Shown here one piece after another: positions 63,481 through 64,000 of a stretch of 64,000 bases of DNA. Below the pieces are notes generated by a model. It was not told where the DNA came from and did no database searches. It saw only the letters and a program-made list of their open reading frames with translations. Position numbers and translations under genes: made by a program. Numbering within the stretch: position 1 is the stretch's first letter; every line of letters begins with the position of its first letter. Location of the stretch: positions 27,478 through 91,477 of the IMG/VR virus record IMGVR_UViG_3300034069_000595. The stretch is one strand, 5' to 3'. This DNA comes from a virus.

Positions 63481-63999
63481 TCAGAAATCATCCAGACCAA
63501 GGCGCAGCACGTTGCCGGCCAGGTCGATGATCGTTGCGTGAGGTTTATCGCTGGCGGCTATCGCATCGCGGCGCTGGTCAGATGTCAGGGTGCGGTGGCC
63601 CTTCGGGAACCGCGGCGTCAGTCCGATCGATACCTGCTGCATGAATTTGGTTCGGCTGCGCGTTGGGTTGGCAATGATCACGGCATCCACCTCGGGCCAT
63701 CGGATGCCCGTCAGCAGCACAGCGACGTTGACCAAAACCTTCAGATCTCCGGACAGGAAGCATTCAATGTTCGCTGTCCGCTCGGCTTGGTTTTGGCTGC
63801 CGAGAAGGGTTGCGGCGCGGATGCCTGCGTTTTCGAACAGTGCGCAGGTGCGCTCGGCGTGCTCGACGGTGATGCAGAACACGATCGCCTTCTTGCCGTC
63901 GCAGTGCTTGCGGTACTGGTCAATTGGCGAGCCGATGTGCAGATCGTTGAACTCGTCGGCGGTCACGAAAAACTTCGGCTGACAGACGCGGCCATCCTC
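63481..63999 (-). CDS. Second SF2 helicase, C-terminal part (5'-truncated by window edge)
   Basis: IVFCITVEHA, VLLTG...PEVD, PTRS...QQV; frame open to the window end. Confidence 0.8.
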   Translation of the reverse strand, partial: EDGRVCQPKFFVTADEFNDLHIGSPIDQYRKHCDGKKAIVFCITVEHAERTCALFENAGIRAATLLGSQNQAERTANIECFLSGDLKVLVNVAVLLTGIRWPEVDAVIIANPTRSRTKFMQQVSIGLTPRFPKGHRTLTSDQRRDAIAASDKPHATIIDLAGNVLRLGLDDF

Positions 64000-64000
64000 G

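Noticed and set aside
1-64000. CRISPR array, IS element, rRNA
   Set aside because: No regularly spaced direct repeats, transposase motifs or rRNA-like sequence seen.

Overview
The whole window is the genome of a GC-rich temperate myovirus of Proteobacteria, shown in its excised or virion arrangement: attP (a 47-bp tRNA-Arg 3' fragment) and the integrase lie mid-window with phage genes on both sides. Layout: 1-7 kb accessory and early genes (C5 methyltransferase, head-fibre-like cassette, two stand-alone DUF4214/S-layer-anchor-like genes); 7-39 kb virion and lysis module whose capsid, sheath and tube resemble those of Herelleviridae (phage K/A511/SPO1 type); 39.4-41 kb integration; 41-54 kb recombination and replication; 54-64 kb modular early ORFs. 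No terminase or clear CI repressor is visible. Best leads: (1) a 15-copy promoter motif, TCGTGAC-N3-A-N3-T, that predicts leaderless mRNAs for five structural genes; (2) a 250-nt highly structured RNA with its own copy of that promoter in the head module; (3) two late-expressed RsaA-N-terminus-like putative LPS-binding proteins; (4) a copy of the capsid N-terminal arm inside the prohead protease; (5) a candidate +1 frameshift in the tail chaperone; (6) an 18-bp operator regulon; (7) a C4-like RNA before the primase; (8) conflicting host signals (Pseudomonas-like ssb and fibre chaperone versus an alphaproteobacterial-type att site). Family assignments come from motif recognition and memory, not database searches.
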